Part shown: in pieces, positions 9,905-19,884 of the stretch
Numbering within the stretch: the first letter of the stretch is position 1
Layout: each line of letters begins with the position of its first letter
Source of the DNA: an uncultured Acidobacteriota bacterium
GTDB lineage: Bacteria > Acidobacteriota > Terriglobia > Acidiferrales > UBA7541
Direction of reading: 5' to 3'
Length of the DNA: 64,000 nt
Assembly: GCA_963696715.1 (NCBI GenBank)
Contig: CAVOLC010000004.1
Location: forward strand, 13,616-77,615
The notes under the pieces: model-generated
The model's database searches: none
The model's input: only the letters and a program-made list of their open reading frames with translations
Told to the model about the DNA's origin: nothing
Program-made: the position numbers and the translations under genes

Positions 9905-10891
9905 ATGCGAGCTGCAGTCGTACCCGCTGTGAACGGTTCCTGGGAAGTGAAAGACGTTCCACAACCTCAACCCGGCCCCAACCAAGTCCTGGTTAAGATG
10001 CACGCAAGCGGCATTTGCTATACCGATGTGCATGAAACACTCGGACACATTCCAGGACCATTTCCCCGAATCCTCGGCCACGAGCCGGTCGGCGAGATCG
10101 TGGCCGTGGCGCCCGACGTCACCACGCGCAAGGTAGGTGATCGCGTCGGCACCGCCTGGATTCAATCCACGTGCGGACGCTGCGAATGGTGCCAGCGCGG
10201 CCGCAGGATGTTCTGTCCTTACATGAAGGGCACAGGACTTGATGCACAAGGAGGCCACGCCGAGTACATGCTGATGAATGCCGACGCGACCTATCTGATT
10301 CCGGACAAGATTTCATACGAGCAAGCAGCGCCGATCTTCTGCGCAGGCTACACGGTCTACAGCGGGCTGCGCTGGGCCGATCCCCAGCCGCACGAGCGCG
10401 TGGCCGTACTTGGAATCGGCGGCCTTGGACACCTCGCAGTTCAGTACGCGAAGGCTGCGGGCTTCGAGACCATCGCGATTTCGCACTCACCTGACAAAGA
10501 CAAGTTGATCCGCGAGCTCGGCGCGGATGAAATTGTCCGCGACGGAAAGAGCCTTGCCGCAGCGGGCGGCGCGGACATCATCCTCAGCACTTCCAATTCG
10601 ACGAAGTCCATGGTGGACAGCATTCAGGGTTTACGGCCAGACGGCCGGTTGATCACAATGGGAGCAGACGCGGAGCCACTTTCCGTCTCGCTGATGGATC
10701 TCATCATGAAGCGCATCCGCATCATCGGCAGCCAGCAAAACGGCCCCGAATATCTTTACGAAGCCCTTGATTTCGTAGCCCAAGGAAAAGTTAAAACGAT
10801 AGTCGAGACTTACCAATTGGCTGAGGCTCCGAAGGCGTATCAGCGTGTCGTCGACGGCAAGGCCCGCTTTCGCGCCGTCCTGACGATGTAA
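9905..10891 (+). CDS. Zinc-dependent alcohol dehydrogenase (MDR family)
   Basis: GICYTDVH, GHEPVGEIV and the structural-Zn CGRCEWC motif are present, plus the GIGGLGH Rossmann motif. RBS AAGGGGGAG lies upstream. Confidence 0.9.
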   Translation: MRAAVVPAVNGSWEVKDVPQPQPGPNQVLVKMHASGICYTDVHETLGHIPGPFPRILGHEPVGEIVAVAPDVTTRKVGDRVGTAWIQSTCGRCEWCQRGRRMFCPYMKGTGLDAQGGHAEYMLMNADATYLIPDKISYEQAAPIFCAGYTVYSGLRWADPQPHERVAVLGIGGLGHLAVQYAKAAGFETIAISHSPDKDKLIRELGADEIVRDGKSLAAAGGADIILSTSNSTKSMVDSIQGLRPDGRLITMGADAEPLSVSLMDLIMKRIRIIGSQQNGPEYLYEALDFVAQGKVKTIVETYQLAEAPKAYQRVVDGKARFRAVLTM

Positions 10892-10920
10892 TACCGGTTT
10901 TGCCTGTCCTTTACACGCCT

Positions 10921-11145
10921 GATTAACGCTGCCAGCTCAACCGGTCGACGCAACACCATCCAATACATTGATTCGACAATGCTTCCCCGGGAGAAGCGAT
11001 CCGTTTGGCTGTACTCGGTCAAAACCTAGCCAGGGTAGTGTTCCGGCTGATCTAACCCTAGCGAGCGATTTAAGCCTTGTTTTCAATGCGAGTTGGGTTC
11101 GACCTGAGTGTTGTGTCGACCCATTGAGACCACCCGACTAACCGG
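10921..11145 (+). repeat. 225-bp repeat, copy 1 (flanks plus 198-bp IR-bounded core at 10933-11130)
   Basis: Near-identical to 19885-20110. The core is bounded by CTCAACCGGTCGACGCAACAC ... GTGTTGTGTCGACCCATTGAGAC. Confidence 0.85.
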
Positions 11146-11184
11146 GAGTCAGCGAAGATGTAACCCGTTAAATCTCTGGTAATT

Positions 11185-12126
11185 TTGACAATGGAAGCAA
11201 TCGCGCGCTGTAGTACGTTGTCTCGTACCGGCGGAAACATGAGTCCTTCTGCACACCTCGGTACGCAACCTGGGGTACAAAGAGAGGCGCTGTTCATCGA
11301 CGCTGACCCGGAAGTTCGCGAGATGCTTTGGAACTTGCTTGATCCATTGGTTTGGAACATTCGGCATGTGCCAGACAACAAGACCGCGCTGGAACAGGCC
11401 AGCTCTAGACATTTTGACCTGATCCTCACCAGCGAAAAAACTTCCGGCAAGGAAGACGTTGGACTGCTCCGCAAAATTCGAAATATCCGCCCCCACACGC
11501 GGCTTATTATCCTTGTGGAAGAAAGTGTGCCAGCGGATGTGATTGCCTCCATGCGCGAACACGCTTTCAGCTACTTTTCAAAGCCGTTTTCGCTGCCGAC
11601 GCTTGCCGACATGGTGCTTACCGCAGCAGAGGAACCTTGCTGGGATGACGGCATCGAGATCATCTCGGCAACATCAGACTGGATCCACCTTGCGGCATGT
11701 TGCGAGTTAAAGACGGCGGACAGGCTGATTCAGTTTATGCACGAAATTGCCGACTTACCCGAACCAGAAAGTGATGCGGTGGCATTTGCATTTCGCGAAA
11801 TTCTGATGAATGCAATCGAATACGGCGGGCACTTCCGCAGCGACCAATACGTGGAAATCTCCTATGTGCGAGCCAAGCACATGGTGATGTGTCGCGTGAA
11901 AGATCCTGGCGAAGGTTTCACGCTGGATGAAATCGAGCACGCTGCCATCGCCAATCCAGACGAGGACCCCCTTCGCCACATGGAAATACGAGAGGCAAAA
12001 GGGATGCGCGCGGGAGGTTATGGCGTCTTGCTAACTCGAAAGCTGGTGGACGAACTTATATACAGCGAAAAAGGTAACGATGTTTTGCTCGTGAAGTATG
12101 TTGGGGTATCCCCGTCATCGAACTAG
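11185..12126 (+). CDS. Atypical (pseudo-)receiver domain fused to an RsbW/SpoIIAB-like HATPase domain
   Basis: A REC-like fold is suggested by LFIDAD...DLILTS...LIILVEE...SKPF. The HATPase part has an N-box (EILMNAIEYG), G1 (DPGEGF) and G2 (GGYGVLL). The start codon is uncertain; an internal Met at codon 19 is possible. Confidence 0.75.
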   Translation: MTMEAIARCSTLSRTGGNMSPSAHLGTQPGVQREALFIDADPEVREMLWNLLDPLVWNIRHVPDNKTALEQASSRHFDLILTSEKTSGKEDVGLLRKIRNIRPHTRLIILVEESVPADVIASMREHAFSYFSKPFSLPTLADMVLTAAEEPCWDDGIEIISATSDWIHLAACCELKTADRLIQFMHEIADLPEPESDAVAFAFREILMNAIEYGGHFRSDQYVEISYVRAKHMVMCRVKDPGEGFTLDEIEHAAIANPDEDPLRHMEIREAKGMRAGGYGVLLTRKLVDELIYSEKGNDVLLVKYVGVSPSSN

Positions 12127-13218
12127 ACCGCGCGGCACTTGGTCGAGTAGCCGGGCGCCATTGCTGGCGCCCAGCCCTCTAAGAACCGGACTTGAAGGTT
12201 TCCCATTCATCCGGCTCGAGCACCCAAAAACGCCCCCATGAAAAACGAGGACGCGGCCTGATTCAAAACGAATCAGACCTACTCGATACTGACTGGCTGC
12301 CGATTCGCACGGCGGTGGAATCACCGGTCGTGTGTGAAGCTGCACCAATGGCTTACGCCATCGTCATTTGCTTTGCTTCATGCATCGGTTCCTCAAGAGT
12401 TCTCGAGTTGAGCACCAACGGGAAGTCAGCTCCGTTTCCGGCGAGGTGATCTTGTCCCACGAGGCGACGCAACCTCTATCTGCCCGATTACAGGGCAGCC
12501 TTCGCTTTCTCCCATTTCCGTTACCCGCATCGCCATGGGTGCCATCTTGCGATGGACTTTCCCCTTGCGAGGAGCGATACGGGCTTACCCTGTTCCGCTG
12601 AAATGACGCGATCGGTTAGATCTGCTCTCTACGCCGGCAGTGTTGATTACCCATGACAGAGAAACCGGAAGCCTCTGTGCTCACTGCCAGAAGAGCCGCG
12701 CAGCATTTTAGGCTCTCTTCGGATGACGACGCTTGCGAGCATTTGTATATTCTGATCGTACGATCAAGCCTAGGCCCGTCTCCACCTAATGCTGGCAGGT
12801 ACACCGTTGCCTCACGGTTTCGGCGCCGCTCTTGCGAGCGTGGATACATTGTCCAAGGGCTCCAGAACAGTTCGTTACCTCCCCGCTCTGCCTTGTAGGC
12901 TACGTGCGATGGGACGCACGGTCTGATCGAGTTCCTCCTCTCCAGACAATCATTTTCAGCAGCTTTCCAGGTCGCACCTCGGTTATCCGACTAGAACGAA
13001 GCCGCTTGCGCGGCAGACGCTGCGCGTGCTAGTCTCCGAAAGTCGTGCTGTAGCATGACGTCTTGAATCGCCATTTTCATTTTCGGCTGGTTTCGGCAAC
13101 TGGTGTAAAGTCTGTGAGTTACAGGCAAGAATCGATTCAATTCCCATAGCCCCGCATCTGCCCCAACCACAAGCGGCTTCCTTCAAGTCGCTCTATCGAA
13201 AGCGCGCAAGCGCGCCAT

Positions 13219-13295
13219 GTTCGTGTATCCCTCTTGCCGCTTCGCGCTTCCGACACAGCACTAGGACTTACCAGGAGTTAGCCAGTGGCCCGTTC
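13219..13295 (+). repeat. Second copy of the ~85-bp short repeat
   Basis: Aligns with 5712-5798 (…CGCGCTTCCGACACAGCACTAGGACTTACCAGGAGTTAGCC…). Confidence 0.6.
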
Positions 13296-13448
13296 CAAAG
13301 CAGATGGCCGTATAACAGTCACTTGGCAAAAACGAATTTTGTCCTCTGCCCAAAGATACCGATGGTATTTGAAAATTGCTGCCTCTCAGTCTTTTCGCGG
13401 AATCAGCCATGCTATCGAACTGCCCCAATACTGTCCCTTGGTCCAGAT

Positions 13449-14882
13449 GTTCGTAGCAAGTTAAAAGGTCCGGTTTTTGTAGTAAGTGAGTTGTCCGGTT
13501 GACAGTTAATCACCCGCCGCCGTCGAGGCTGTGGGGAAGTGGGAATCCCGCGCTTTGGGCGGGATTCCCAAGCGCGGTGGGAAAGTCTGCTTTGCGACTT
13601 TTCCACCGCGCGGCTTCTGCACAGCCTCTTGCCGATCGCTACTGATCCAAGGCAGCCCCTCGGCGTTGTAGCGCCCCACGCAATGCGGCCCATAGCGGAG
13701 GCTCAGCGTTCCATCTAGGTGCTGATGCAAGGTCACCGTACAGCCCGCCAACGTGGCTCGCCAGCGTACCGGCTGGATCTGCAAAGACAGATTTTGAAAG
13801 CTCACCGTGTTGTCGCGGTTCACCGTGCGTTCAAACTGCAGCGAAAAGACCCCTTCCAAATCTCGCTGCCGGCACGCCGTAAAGGCACTGCCCCCCTGCG
13901 TCGCGGGCACCCGGAACCGCACGTTGAACGCAGCGATGTACTCTTCCTGCAGAAAAGCGTTCGCCGCCTCCACCGTCGTGATCGCCCGCAAGCGCAACTC
14001 TTGCGGCAGTCGTCCCTGCCAAGTGCCAAAATTGCGCTCGCTGCGTCCTCGTGCCTGGGGCGAGTAGGCCGGAATCATCCGCACTCCCAACTCCCGCAGC
14101 GCCCGTCCTACCTGCGTCACACGCGCGTGATCTACCTTCTGGCCCGCCTTGGGCGTCAGCCAAAAATGGCTGCCCCGGTCGCTATACAAGGCGCAGAACA
14201 ATCCCTGCTGCTCGATCACCTCGCGCAAAGCGGCCATCACCGTCTGCGTCGATTCCTCCTGCACCAGTTGCGCGTAGTAAATCTCACTGGTGGCATCATC
14301 CAGAATCACGATCAGATCGTGCCAGCGCTCGTCTCCCAACCAACGGTGCCGGCTGCCGTCGATGTGCAGCAGCATCCCCGGCAAGGGTCGTCGCGGTCGT
14401 CGTTTGCGGTGCGCTCCGCGCTTGCGCCCCCGGGCCACCATCCCCGCTCCTTGCAGAATCCCTTTCACCCAGCTGTAGCTGAGCCGAATCCGATGCTCGG
14501 CCCCCAGCTTCTCGTGAAAGTGCTGCACATTCAGATCGAAATAATGCTCCCGGTACAGCTCCAGCACCCGCTCCACGGTCGCTAGCGGCACGCGCTTAGG
14601 CGAAGGCTTTCCTCGCCTGCGGTCGAACAACCCGCGGAATCCGAACTCCTCATAACGCTCCCGCCAGCGCCGCATATGCCGGTCACTGATGCCCAAGATC
14701 TCGGCCGCTTGCCACCAGCTGATCTTCTTGGCCATCGCTTGCAACATCACTTCCTGTACTTTCATCGCCCGCTCCATGGCGGCTTGTGTGTAGGAGTTCA
14801 TGCCTTGCATGGTCCCCTACCACCGCCCGAAAAGCGGACATATCACTTGCTATCTCAACCGGACATATCATGTGCTACTGAC
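13449..14882 (-). mobile_element. ISNCY-family (IS1202-group-like) insertion sequence, 1434 bp, flanked by a 19-bp direct duplication
   Basis: Imperfect terminal IRs: GTTCGTAGCAAG..GGTCCGG versus the reverse complement GTCAGTAGCACA..TGTCCGG. ACTGTCCCTTGGTCCAGAT occurs at 13430-13448 and again at 14883-14901. Confidence 0.75.
13506..14810 (-). CDS. ISNCY-family DDE transposase
   Basis: An N-terminal HTH (WWQAAEILGISDRHMRRWRERY) is followed by an rve-like DDE core (LHIDGSRHRW..., ILDDATSE..., YSDRGSHF...SPQARGRSER). Confidence 0.8.
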   Translation of the reverse strand: MQGMNSYTQAAMERAMKVQEVMLQAMAKKISWWQAAEILGISDRHMRRWRERYEEFGFRGLFDRRRGKPSPKRVPLATVERVLELYREHYFDLNVQHFHEKLGAEHRIRLSYSWVKGILQGAGMVARGRKRGAHRKRRPRRPLPGMLLHIDGSRHRWLGDERWHDLIVILDDATSEIYYAQLVQEESTQTVMAALREVIEQQGLFCALYSDRGSHFWLTPKAGQKVDHARVTQVGRALRELGVRMIPAYSPQARGRSERNFGTWQGRLPQELRLRAITTVEAANAFLQEEYIAAFNVRFRVPATQGGSAFTACRQRDLEGVFSLQFERTVNRDNTVSFQNLSLQIQPVRWRATLAGCTVTLHQHLDGTLSLRYGPHCVGRYNAEGLPWISSDRQEAVQKPRGGKVAKQTFPPRLGIPPKARDSHFPTASTAAGD

Positions 14883-15071
14883 ACTGTCCCTTGGTCCAGA
14901 TTGACCTAATCTCCTCGCTACCGTATGCTCTCGCGCACAGCAACCAGGCTTGATCTACGAATGGCCCCGACTATTATTATGTCCCCGGCGCACGGCTGGA
15001 GTGCAAATGTCTAGGTTGATATCAACCAGTGCCTGGATTGAATCGACCTAAGGAGAAACAAGGAGAGTGCC

Positions 15072-16898
15072 ATGGGCGAAAAACACCTCAGTAGTGTCGA
15101 TAAAAATGCCTCCCTACGAACTAAAGTGGACAATCCAAAGAATTTGCCTGATCGTTCGGGCACCCCGCCTTCAGCCAGCCGTCGGAAGTTCCTCGGAAAC
15201 GTAAGCGGTGTTGCCGTCGCTGCCGTGACAGCCGGCGCGATCGGCTTGGAACCCCTGCTCGGCGGAAAAGAGTCGGTCGCCGATGCGTCGGTCGTACCCT
15301 ATCGTCCTGAGGGCCGCGAGGACAGAAGCCTCAACTACCGCGTAAAGACGGCCAACGCCGAGAAGATCGACGTCGGGGAGCAACCAGACAATGGCGACGC
15401 GACGAGATTCACAGACTTCAGCGGCAGCTACAGCAAAGCCTCGTTGCACGACGCCCTCGGCGTTCCGAATGCTGCATCCTGGCTTAGCCTAAAACATGCC
15501 CTCAAGAGCGGCGAGTTTGAAGACTTCGAAAATATCATTGTTGGGACGCCGGGCGGGGGACCCAACTCGAAACACAATGGACCACAGGCTGCCCTTGCAT
15601 TGGACTTGGAGGGCCTCGACTCACATGCCACCGTCGTCCCACCCGCGCCGAGCGTCACCAGTAACATTACGGCGGCCGAGGAGGTCGAGCATTACTGGGG
15701 TGCTCTGTTAGCCGACGTGCCGTTTACCGAATATCCGACGAATTCGCTGGTTGCTCAGGCTGTTGCCGACATGAATAGGCTGTCCTTCCTCAACACCAGT
15801 CAAAATTTTGAGTACCCGTTCCCGGTCACACCGGGGAATCTGTTCCGCGGGCAGTTCGTCCCGGGCGACGGCAACGTCCAGGGGCCGTATATCTCGCAGT
15901 TCATGGTTCAGCCGACGTTCTTCGGCGCGCAGCCCCTCAGCCAGCAGTACCAGACGTTCCTCCCCTTGGGGGGCGGCGGAAGCGACTTCATGATCTCGGT
16001 CAGCGAGTACCAACAGATCCAAAACGGCGGAGCCTCGGTTGGCCAGTTGGCTTTTGACCCAACGTTTCGGTTCATCCGAAACGGTCGAGACCTCGCCGCG
16101 TATACTCACGTGGACGTGCTCTATCAAGGGTACTTTATCGCCTTCCTCGTGCTGGCGGGGATAGGCACGCCGCCGAATCCGGGTAACCCCTATATCGGCT
16201 CGAGGACCGAAAAAGCCTTCTGCACCCTTGGCGGGCCAGACGCCGCAGCGACGCTTGCTGAAATGGCCACGCGAGCGCTCAAAGGCGCCTGGTTTCACAA
16301 GTGGATCAAGGACCTGCGAATGCGGCCAGAGGAATATGGGGCCCTGGTGCAAGCGAATCTTACCAACTCTACGCCAGCTCCCCAGGCGGCGGGGGCGCTG
16401 CACAAAGACGTCCTGAACTCAGCGGTGCTTCCCATCATCAAGCAGACCTATGGCAGCTTCTTGCTGCCACAGGCATTCCCGGAGGGTTCGCCGACCCACC
16501 CATGCTATCCGACGGGTCACGGAACGGTCGCAGGTGCGTGCATCACTGTGCTCAAATTCTTCTTTGATGGCAGCCAGAAGATCGAGCCGCTGCTCACACA
16601 CGCCGGACGGGACGTGGTCATGCCAAGCACGGACGGTCTCTCGCTCAATTCCTACACGGGCGCGGACCGAGACAATCTGGACATCAACGGAGAGCTGAAC
16701 AAGCTGGCGTACAACATCTCATTTGGTCACGGGATTCACGCTGGCATCCACTTCCGCAGTTCAACCTACTGGTCGATCCTGCTGGGCGAGCAGATTGCGC
16801 TCAGCATGCTGCGGGACCGGGCCAAGTCCAACAACGAGCCGTTCACGATCAGCATCACGAAATTCGACGGAACGACCGCAGTCATCACCAATCAATAA
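15072..16898 (+). CDS. Vanadium-dependent haloperoxidase / PAP2-superfamily protein with Tat signal
   Basis: Twin-arginine signal SRRKFLGNVSGVAVAAV. PAP2/haloperoxidase motifs: KxxxxxxRP-like (KDLRMRPEE), PTHPCYPTGHG and SFGHGIHAGIHFRSS. Confidence 0.75.
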   Translation: MGEKHLSSVDKNASLRTKVDNPKNLPDRSGTPPSASRRKFLGNVSGVAVAAVTAGAIGLEPLLGGKESVADASVVPYRPEGREDRSLNYRVKTANAEKIDVGEQPDNGDATRFTDFSGSYSKASLHDALGVPNAASWLSLKHALKSGEFEDFENIIVGTPGGGPNSKHNGPQAALALDLEGLDSHATVVPPAPSVTSNITAAEEVEHYWGALLADVPFTEYPTNSLVAQAVADMNRLSFLNTSQNFEYPFPVTPGNLFRGQFVPGDGNVQGPYISQFMVQPTFFGAQPLSQQYQTFLPLGGGGSDFMISVSEYQQIQNGGASVGQLAFDPTFRFIRNGRDLAAYTHVDVLYQGYFIAFLVLAGIGTPPNPGNPYIGSRTEKAFCTLGGPDAAATLAEMATRALKGAWFHKWIKDLRMRPEEYGALVQANLTNSTPAPQAAGALHKDVLNSAVLPIIKQTYGSFLLPQAFPEGSPTHPCYPTGHGTVAGACITVLKFFFDGSQKIEPLLTHAGRDVVMPSTDGLSLNSYTGADRDNLDINGELNKLAYNISFGHGIHAGIHFRSSTYWSILLGEQIALSMLRDRAKSNNEPFTISITKFDGTTAVITNQ

Positions 16899-16930
16899 CG
16901 CTTGCTAGTGGGTGGGTCCGGTCACTGCTT

Positions 16931-17160
16931 GATAAACGCTGCGGTCTCAATGGCTCGACGCAACACCTGCTCGAAGCCCACGCGCAGGGCCTTAAGCAGC
17001 TACGGATCGTTCGCGAGCGCTGATTCAATCGGAACACCATCCTGGCTAGGTGTGATTGATTACAGCCGGACATTTCGGTTCTCTACAGGGAAGCACTGTC
17101 CGATCAACAGCTTAAAGAGTGTTGCATCGACCGGTTGAGCTCGCACGACTAATCGGGAGT
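16931..17160 (+). repeat. 225-bp repeat family, copy 2: same flanks, IR-bounded core (16943-17142) in inverted orientation
   Basis: The left flank GATAAACGCTGC and right flank CGACTAATCGGGAGT are in the same orientation as in copies 1 and 3. The reverse complement of the core aligns with the copy 1 core along its whole length (diverged). Confidence 0.75.
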
Positions 17161-17244
17161 TGCCACCCTCACTGTCAATTCTGACAGTTCCCCGCTTGGC
17201 TGGCCTATGAAAGCATCAATCTACTTAGTCCAACAAGAGCTAGC

Positions 17245-17964
17245 GTGAAGCACCTCTCTGCCAGGTCAAGATGGTTTCTTCGCTTCGCTCTGTTCGCGTC
17301 CCTGTCGACGCCTCTGTGTCCTCGGGTGCGCGCTCAACAGACCCAAGCTGAGTTACTCCCGGAGATCGACACCTACGTGCGTCTCACGGACAGATACACC
17401 TTGATGTTCATGGCGGCTCGCTCGACCGATGGGAACACAGTGAATTCGGCTCAGATTGGTCCGAATTTCGACATCAATTTTCGTCCGTTACGACGAAGGG
17501 TGATCCGTACGAACGACGCGGACAGAGCGAACTTCTTGACCTTGCGGGTCGGATACCAATATCTGAAGAATGTGGGCACATCGAACGAAAATCGTGTTCA
17601 GTTGGCTCTGACTTCACGCTTCCATCTGCCCTGGTCGCTGGAACTGGCTGAGCGGAATCGCGTCGACCTGCGTGTTATCAGCGGTCAGTTTTCCTGGCGC
17701 TACCGCAATCGTCTGACTCTCGATAGAAGCTTCTCCATTAGGTCTTTGTCGTTCTCGCCGTACGCCCGAGGAGAGATCTACTTCAACAGCCTGTCGGGCA
17801 CTTGGTACAAGAACACATATTCATTTGGCGCGACGTTCCCTATTCGCAAGCGATTCGAATTGGAGGGCTATTATGAGCGTGAGAACACCACCGGCGGATC
17901 GCCGCCACACGTCAATGGAATCGGGACAACTCTATCCATCTATTTACGCAGGAATCCAAGATAA
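17245..17964 (+). CDS. Putative outer-membrane beta-barrel protein (DUF2490-like)
   Basis: GTG start and a signal peptide ending ...VRAQQ. Alternating beta-strand pattern with an aromatic-rich C-terminus. The family assignment is tentative. Confidence 0.55.
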   Translation: MKHLSARSRWFLRFALFASLSTPLCPRVRAQQTQAELLPEIDTYVRLTDRYTLMFMAARSTDGNTVNSAQIGPNFDINFRPLRRRVIRTNDADRANFLTLRVGYQYLKNVGTSNENRVQLALTSRFHLPWSLELAERNRVDLRVISGQFSWRYRNRLTLDRSFSIRSLSFSPYARGEIYFNSLSGTWYKNTYSFGATFPIRKRFELEGYYERENTTGGSPPHVNGIGTTLSIYLRRNPR

Positions 17965-18100
17965 GTGGTTAACGGTGCGATGGGGCGCATCTTGACGCTC
18001 GCCACGCCGAACTTAATCGAGCTTTCTACCGGCGTAATTACGAAAACAGGAGTAAGCCGACTCGCCGGGGAGTCGAGCTGAAAGGATTCGTTCGCTGCGT

Positions 18101-19531
18101 TTATTTCACCGGCTGGATGTCCGGCAGTTTCCAAGTTTTTTCTAAGAACCGTTGCTCGGGACCATACAGTCTGAAGTAAGCGAACCAGTCATTTCCCGCA
18201 ACGGTAGGAATCCAGTTTGCCTCCATGCCCTCTGGTGCCTTTGGGCCAAAATAAACATCCACCGACCCGTCAGCGTTCCTCTTGGCCTTCTGGTCGTAAG
18301 AATCTAGAGAAGGACGCGACACATTGCGAATGAGCGCGCACGTTGCGTGCCCGTAAATCGTCACTGACCAGAATTGTTTGACAGGCACGTCGCCGGGTAC
18401 GCGCAATCGGTAGGTTTCCTCGCCGTGTAGCCGTCGCCCCGTTGTATCAAAAAACGTGACGAGGTAGCTCTGCCCCGCTCCCAGCTTCTTGGGCGGGCAG
18501 AAGAAGCTGTAGAACGCAATCCCCCTCGCATCCACGTCCAAAATGCCTTCAGTCTCCCAAGTAAATCCACTTCTCACGGCGCTGGGCGGCACCGGTACGT
18601 CCCACTTGCTGTCAGACCAATAAGGCGAGCCAAACGTTACGAGCCGGTCCATTAGCCAACCGTGGGCTTCCTGTGCCCCAGCCCTCAGGGCCGCCTGCGT
18701 TGCTTCATTGGGTTTGAAGTCCTTACCCTTCTCAATTCCTATGGTCGGCAGCATTCCGATCATCGCTGAATCCCGCGGCTGGATGGGTTCTTCATTGAGC
18801 ATTCGAGCAAGGCTCGCGTAGAAAGTTTCGTCGAATCGAGGAACGGTGTCCCAGATGGTGTCCACCAAGTCGACATACTTGGACTGCGGCGGTGCGTCCG
18901 ATTTGCTTAACGGATAGATGCGGATGTGTTTCAGATAAGTGATTGCCTTCTGCACTGTCGCTTCATCCTCGCTTTTTACGATGAGGCGCAATCCAACGAA
19001 TCCGTTGTAGGTTTTCATCGGTACGACAATATAGCCGGAGGGCACGGCACCTTGATGGCCGGGAGGCAATAGCAGATATTTCCCGCCTTTCCCCTGGTCC
19101 TCACCCGCAAGGCCAAGGTCCGTAACCGGAACTTGCCAAGCATCAACGACAGTGCCCATCAATGCAGCGTCTCCTGTCGCAGGCAATTCAAGCACCACAG
19201 GCCCGGCTTGACTCGTGTTGACGAACGAGAAGACATAACGAACCGAGGTGTTCGGTGTCAGGCACTGAAGTTTCCAGTTCGCTGGCCGGGACCAGAAAAT
19301 AACGTCGCCATATGTTGCCTTAGCATCGCGGAAGAATGCCTGCCGCATCACGTCAAAATTGACGATGGGCATACCCCAAATCGCCGCGTCGACGGCCCGG
19401 CGTTCCATCGTTCGGCGGTTCAACTCTTCAGACGTAAGCGGGGTTGTGTTTTGCGCAATGGTCGATTGCGCCAACAGAAGTAAGCCGATAATGAGTGTCG
19501 ATACGAGCTTTGCCATAAGCTTTTTCTCCAT
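18101..19531 (-). CDS. DUF1254/DUF1214 domain-containing secreted protein
   Basis: The internal Met gives MEKKLMAKLVSTLIIGLLLLAQS, a signal peptide. ...RRAVDAAIWGMPIVN...GKYLLLPPG... is typical of the DUF1254-DUF1214 pair. Confidence 0.7.
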   Translation of the reverse strand: MEKKLMAKLVSTLIIGLLLLAQSTIAQNTTPLTSEELNRRTMERRAVDAAIWGMPIVNFDVMRQAFFRDAKATYGDVIFWSRPANWKLQCLTPNTSVRYVFSFVNTSQAGPVVLELPATGDAALMGTVVDAWQVPVTDLGLAGEDQGKGGKYLLLPPGHQGAVPSGYIVVPMKTYNGFVGLRLIVKSEDEATVQKAITYLKHIRIYPLSKSDAPPQSKYVDLVDTIWDTVPRFDETFYASLARMLNEEPIQPRDSAMIGMLPTIGIEKGKDFKPNEATQAALRAGAQEAHGWLMDRLVTFGSPYWSDSKWDVPVPPSAVRSGFTWETEGILDVDARGIAFYSFFCPPKKLGAGQSYLVTFFDTTGRRLHGEETYRLRVPGDVPVKQFWSVTIYGHATCALIRNVSRPSLDSYDQKAKRNADGSVDVYFGPKAPEGMEANWIPTVAGNDWFAYFRLYGPEQRFLEKTWKLPDIQPVK

Positions 19532-19884
19532 GACTAGACTGCAGCGTCGAGCTATTCCCCAGGACCCCGCAGGTGTATTCCAAGGCATAGCGATTGTTGT
19601 CTTGTCAGCCAAGCAATGCTACTGGCAGAAGTTACAGTACGTCGTCCTCGGGCAAAAAGGACTCAACTCCCGATGGTCCTAGGAGACCACAAAATATTGG
19701 GCTCTCCCCGCCGTGTGCGTTTTGTGAATGTGCCAGGGCATCGTACCTCTTGCGTTGCGCTTGCGCGCGTGCCTGTGGCGCTGGTTGCGCATGCCACCTT
19801 GTCATTTGCTGAACACAAGCCCGAATTGAGAATGACGCCGACCATTGCGGGTGGATGACGGAACTCGGAATAACCCAATTGGAC

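Noticed and set aside
10840-11022. Repeated 60-107-aa ORF (MTEYSQTDRFSRGSIVESMYWMVLRRPVELAALI...) on the minus strand, also at 19663-19986.
   Set aside because: It lies entirely within the 225-bp repeat. The third, diverged copy (16931-17160) does not preserve the frame, and there is no RBS. I treat it as a by-product of the repeat.
13719-14585. 288-aa + strand ORF antisense to the ISNCY transposase. Similar long antisense ORFs occur at 15708-16403, 43805-44629, 44978-45676, 47413-48093, 50116-50709 and 54285-54965.
   Set aside because: These are GC-rich shadow ORFs opposite well-supported genes. They have Arg/Pro/Ala-rich low-complexity composition, no motifs and no RBS.
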